Positions 17,623-19,339 of a DNA stretch of 19,339 bases are shown piece after piece. Position 1 is the stretch's first letter. Every line of letters begins with the position of its first letter. The notes beneath the pieces were generated by a model. That model searched no databases. It was given only the letters and a program-made list of their open reading frames with translations, and was not told where the DNA came from. The translations under genes were made by a program, and so were the position numbers. Origin of the DNA: Nitrososphaeraceae archaeon (lineage in GTDB: Archaea; Thermoproteota; Nitrososphaeria; Nitrososphaerales; Nitrososphaeraceae); contig DATFEP010000052.1 of assembly GCA_035250975.1 (NCBI GenBank), positions 1 through 19,339 of the forward strand. The letters are read 5' to 3'.

Positions 17623-17906
17623 GTTATTTTCGCCTGCTTGAAAATTGATTCAACTGAATCAGAAAAATTCTTTGCAAAGTCGTTTGCCGTCTGTACCGAT
17701 TTTTCCAGAATATTCATAGGGTTATCTTTAGATGTTATCTTTAACAAAAATTCCTTTATTAAAGGATGTTTAACTATAACTCCTGCAAATTCTACTCCTT
17801 TTTCATTAAGAATATGATGTTGAAGAATATATAATATTGAAATATCTTCATCTTTTAATTTTAGTTCAATTTCTCTATCAGTTAAATTTGATATCTTTGC
17901 CTGCAT
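17619..17906 (-). CDS. rpoL: DNA-directed RNA polymerase subunit Rpo11 (RpoL)
   Basis: 95 aa with ED and GVEFAGVIVKHPL motifs; canonical rpoL-tfs-pcn gene order. Confidence 0.88.
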   Translation of the reverse strand: MQAKISNLTDREIELKLKDEDISILYILQHHILNEKGVEFAGVIVKHPLIKEFLLKITSKDNPMNILEKSVQTANDFAKNFSDSVESIFKQAKIT

Positions 17907-17928
17907 TAAAGAGTGAAGTACTTATTTA

Positions 17929-17940
17929 GGATATAAATCA
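17929..17940. promoter_or_regulatory. TATA element centred between divergent rpoL and the 172-aa gene
   Basis: ATATAAAT on plus and TTTATAT on minus at 17931-17938, about 27-28 bp from both start codons in a 54-bp spacer. Confidence 0.55.
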
Positions 17941-17960
17941 TACCAAACAGTATTTAATAA

Positions 17961-18479
17961 TTGACGCAAAATAATAACAGATTAGAAAATATAGTACTAA
18001 CTAAAACGAAGAACAAAATTTCAATTAATGAACCAATTTCACTAAATCTGAGTTTTAAGATAAATGGCAGTATTCGTGATTTATTTACTCAATCAACTTG
18101 GGAAAAAGCATATAATAAATTTGATAACACATTCCGAATAATGATAGATGCTGATATTAAAGTAGGAAAGAAGAAAATTCATTCAGTCAAATTCCTACGT
18201 AAAGCAATCTTTTTCTGGGCAAGGAATCCCAAAATTCAGCATAGAATCTGGGTGTCAATTGTCAAAGATGACTCTCCATTCTATCCATTATCAGAACAAG
18301 AATCTAGATCTTTATTATTTGATGTAAACAAGATAATAGAATTTAGTATATCTGATTTGAATCAAGGAATATACAATTTTCATGCAGATGTGCGAGTATC
18401 CTGGGGAAAACATAATTTTACTGGAGCATTAAAACTAGAAGGAATATCAAACCAAGAGCAAATTGAAATAATCCATTAA
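17961..18479 (+). CDS. Hypothetical protein (beta-rich, possibly Ig/arrestin-like)
   Basis: A 172-codon ORF with TTG start and a TATA element at the expected distance; no motif recognised. Confidence 0.75.
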   Translation: MTQNNNRLENIVLTKTKNKISINEPISLNLSFKINGSIRDLFTQSTWEKAYNKFDNTFRIMIDADIKVGKKKIHSVKFLRKAIFFWARNPKIQHRIWVSIVKDDSPFYPLSEQESRSLLFDVNKIIEFSISDLNQGIYNFHADVRVSWGKHNFTGALKLEGISNQEQIEIIH

Positions 18480-18554
18480 CAATAACCAAACTTTCATAAC
18501 AATTAAACATATAAAATATTAATATTTCTGACTCTAGTCATAGAACCTCTTTTA

Positions 18555-18570
18555 AGGAAAATTTATAAAA
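18555..18570 (+). promoter_or_regulatory. BRE/TATA promoter for the 48-aa ORF
   Basis: Purine-rich AAGGAAAA followed by TTTATAAA (18562-18569), about 24-31 bp upstream of ATG 18593, consistent with a leaderless archaeal transcript. Confidence 0.6.
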
Positions 18571-18592
18571 ATGTAATAAATATTTGGTAGTG

Positions 18593-18739
18593 ATGGCTAA
18601 ATTTGATGGAATAAAAGGGCAGGAACTTTTGGATATCGAGGTAAAAAGCGATGAATTGACATTCATTTTCAAAGATAATAGATATCTTTTTATTAAGAAT
18701 GAAAATGGAAAAATAGTTTCGGAATCTTTACCTGAATGA
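18593..18739 (+). CDS. 48-aa small hypothetical protein (not in ORF track)
   Basis: MAKFDGIKGQELLDIEVKSDELTFIFKDNRYLFIKNENGKIVSESLPE*. It has a well-placed TATA box and ends 4 bp from the convergent phosphatase stop. Confidence 0.75.
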   Translation: MAKFDGIKGQELLDIEVKSDELTFIFKDNRYLFIKNENGKIVSESLPE

Positions 18740-18743
18740 TGTC

Positions 18744-19247
18744 TTACTGTTTGATGAAATTCTCGTAATGATACAATGTGTTTTCTTGTTGGTCTGTCTG
18801 GATAGAACCAGGACGTAATATCCTAACTTTTTCTATTGCCCTCTGTGCATTGATCTTTTCGTTCTTTATTATATATCCAGCTAATACAGTCCCTGTCCTT
18901 CCCTTACCAGCCAAGCAATGTACCAGTGTGGGTTTGTCTTCACCAATTTTATCTATCATGTAATCTACTATTTTGTCTAATTCATCTATAGTTGGAGAAC
19001 TAAAATCATCAACCTTGAGATGAAGATATTCTATTTTATTCTTCATAATCCAGCTTTTTGGAAGAGGTTCTTCCCTAACAGTTATTATACTTCTTATTCC
19101 CATTATGTCCACTAACCACTTACATTCTTCACTAGTTGTAGGCAATCCACATCCTGCCAACTTCCTATCTACAACCCAACTAAAATTAATCGGTCTTTGT
19201 AAAATATTACCATGTAACCATCTATATGCATTCCCTATTTTAGTCAT
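18744..19247 (-). CDS. Dual-specificity protein phosphatase, DUSP23/VHZ-like
   Basis: N-terminal NFSWV...LAG, general-acid loop DDFSSP, P-loop HCLAGKGRTG and C-terminal RPGSIQT...QE. Confidence 0.92.
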   Translation of the reverse strand: MTKIGNAYRWLHGNILQRPINFSWVVDRKLAGCGLPTTSEECKWLVDIMGIRSIITVREEPLPKSWIMKNKIEYLHLKVDDFSSPTIDELDKIVDYMIDKIGEDKPTLVHCLAGKGRTGTVLAGYIIKNEKINAQRAIEKVRILRPGSIQTDQQENTLYHYENFIKQ

Positions 19248-19339
19248 TATTCATTTTCCCTATTTTTTGATTATATGTCTTATAGATATATAAAAAATTA
19301 CTATTTATAATATTATTAAAATTCCAATTTAATTGTTTT

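Noticed and set aside
18778-19293. 61-aa and 62-aa plus-strand ORFs
   Set aside because: Antisense shadows of the phosphatase gene.
1-19339. tRNA, rRNA, CRISPR array or defence system
   Set aside because: No cloverleaf, GC-rich structural RNA, regularly spaced repeats or defence-type domains were seen.

Overview
AT-rich archaeal chromosomal segment. Gene content and order (anaerobic-type cobalamin methyltransferases, archaeal Rqc2, PyrI, SucCD, archaeal TyrRS, PCNA-TFS-Rpo11) point to an ammonia-oxidising archaeon (Nitrososphaerota); this is an inference, not a database result. Most of the window is housekeeping. Reading the DNA between the supplied ORFs adds four features missing from the track: the 3' end of a probable CDC48 ATPase (1-158), a 57-aa zinc-ribbon gene resembling a loop-less eL42/L44e (9725-9898, minus), a heavily frameshifted IS1595-family transposase relic just upstream of tyrS (about 12226-12871, minus), and a 48-aa ORF with its own TATA box (18593-18739). 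The best leads are a putative sucC-sucD-mini-eL42-like-aKMT/FAM173-like methyltransferase transcription unit, an EMC6/Rab5ip-like 3-TM protein divergent from rqc2, and Asp-to-Glu changes at the Rqc2 tailing residues. No tRNA, rRNA or CRISPR array was seen.
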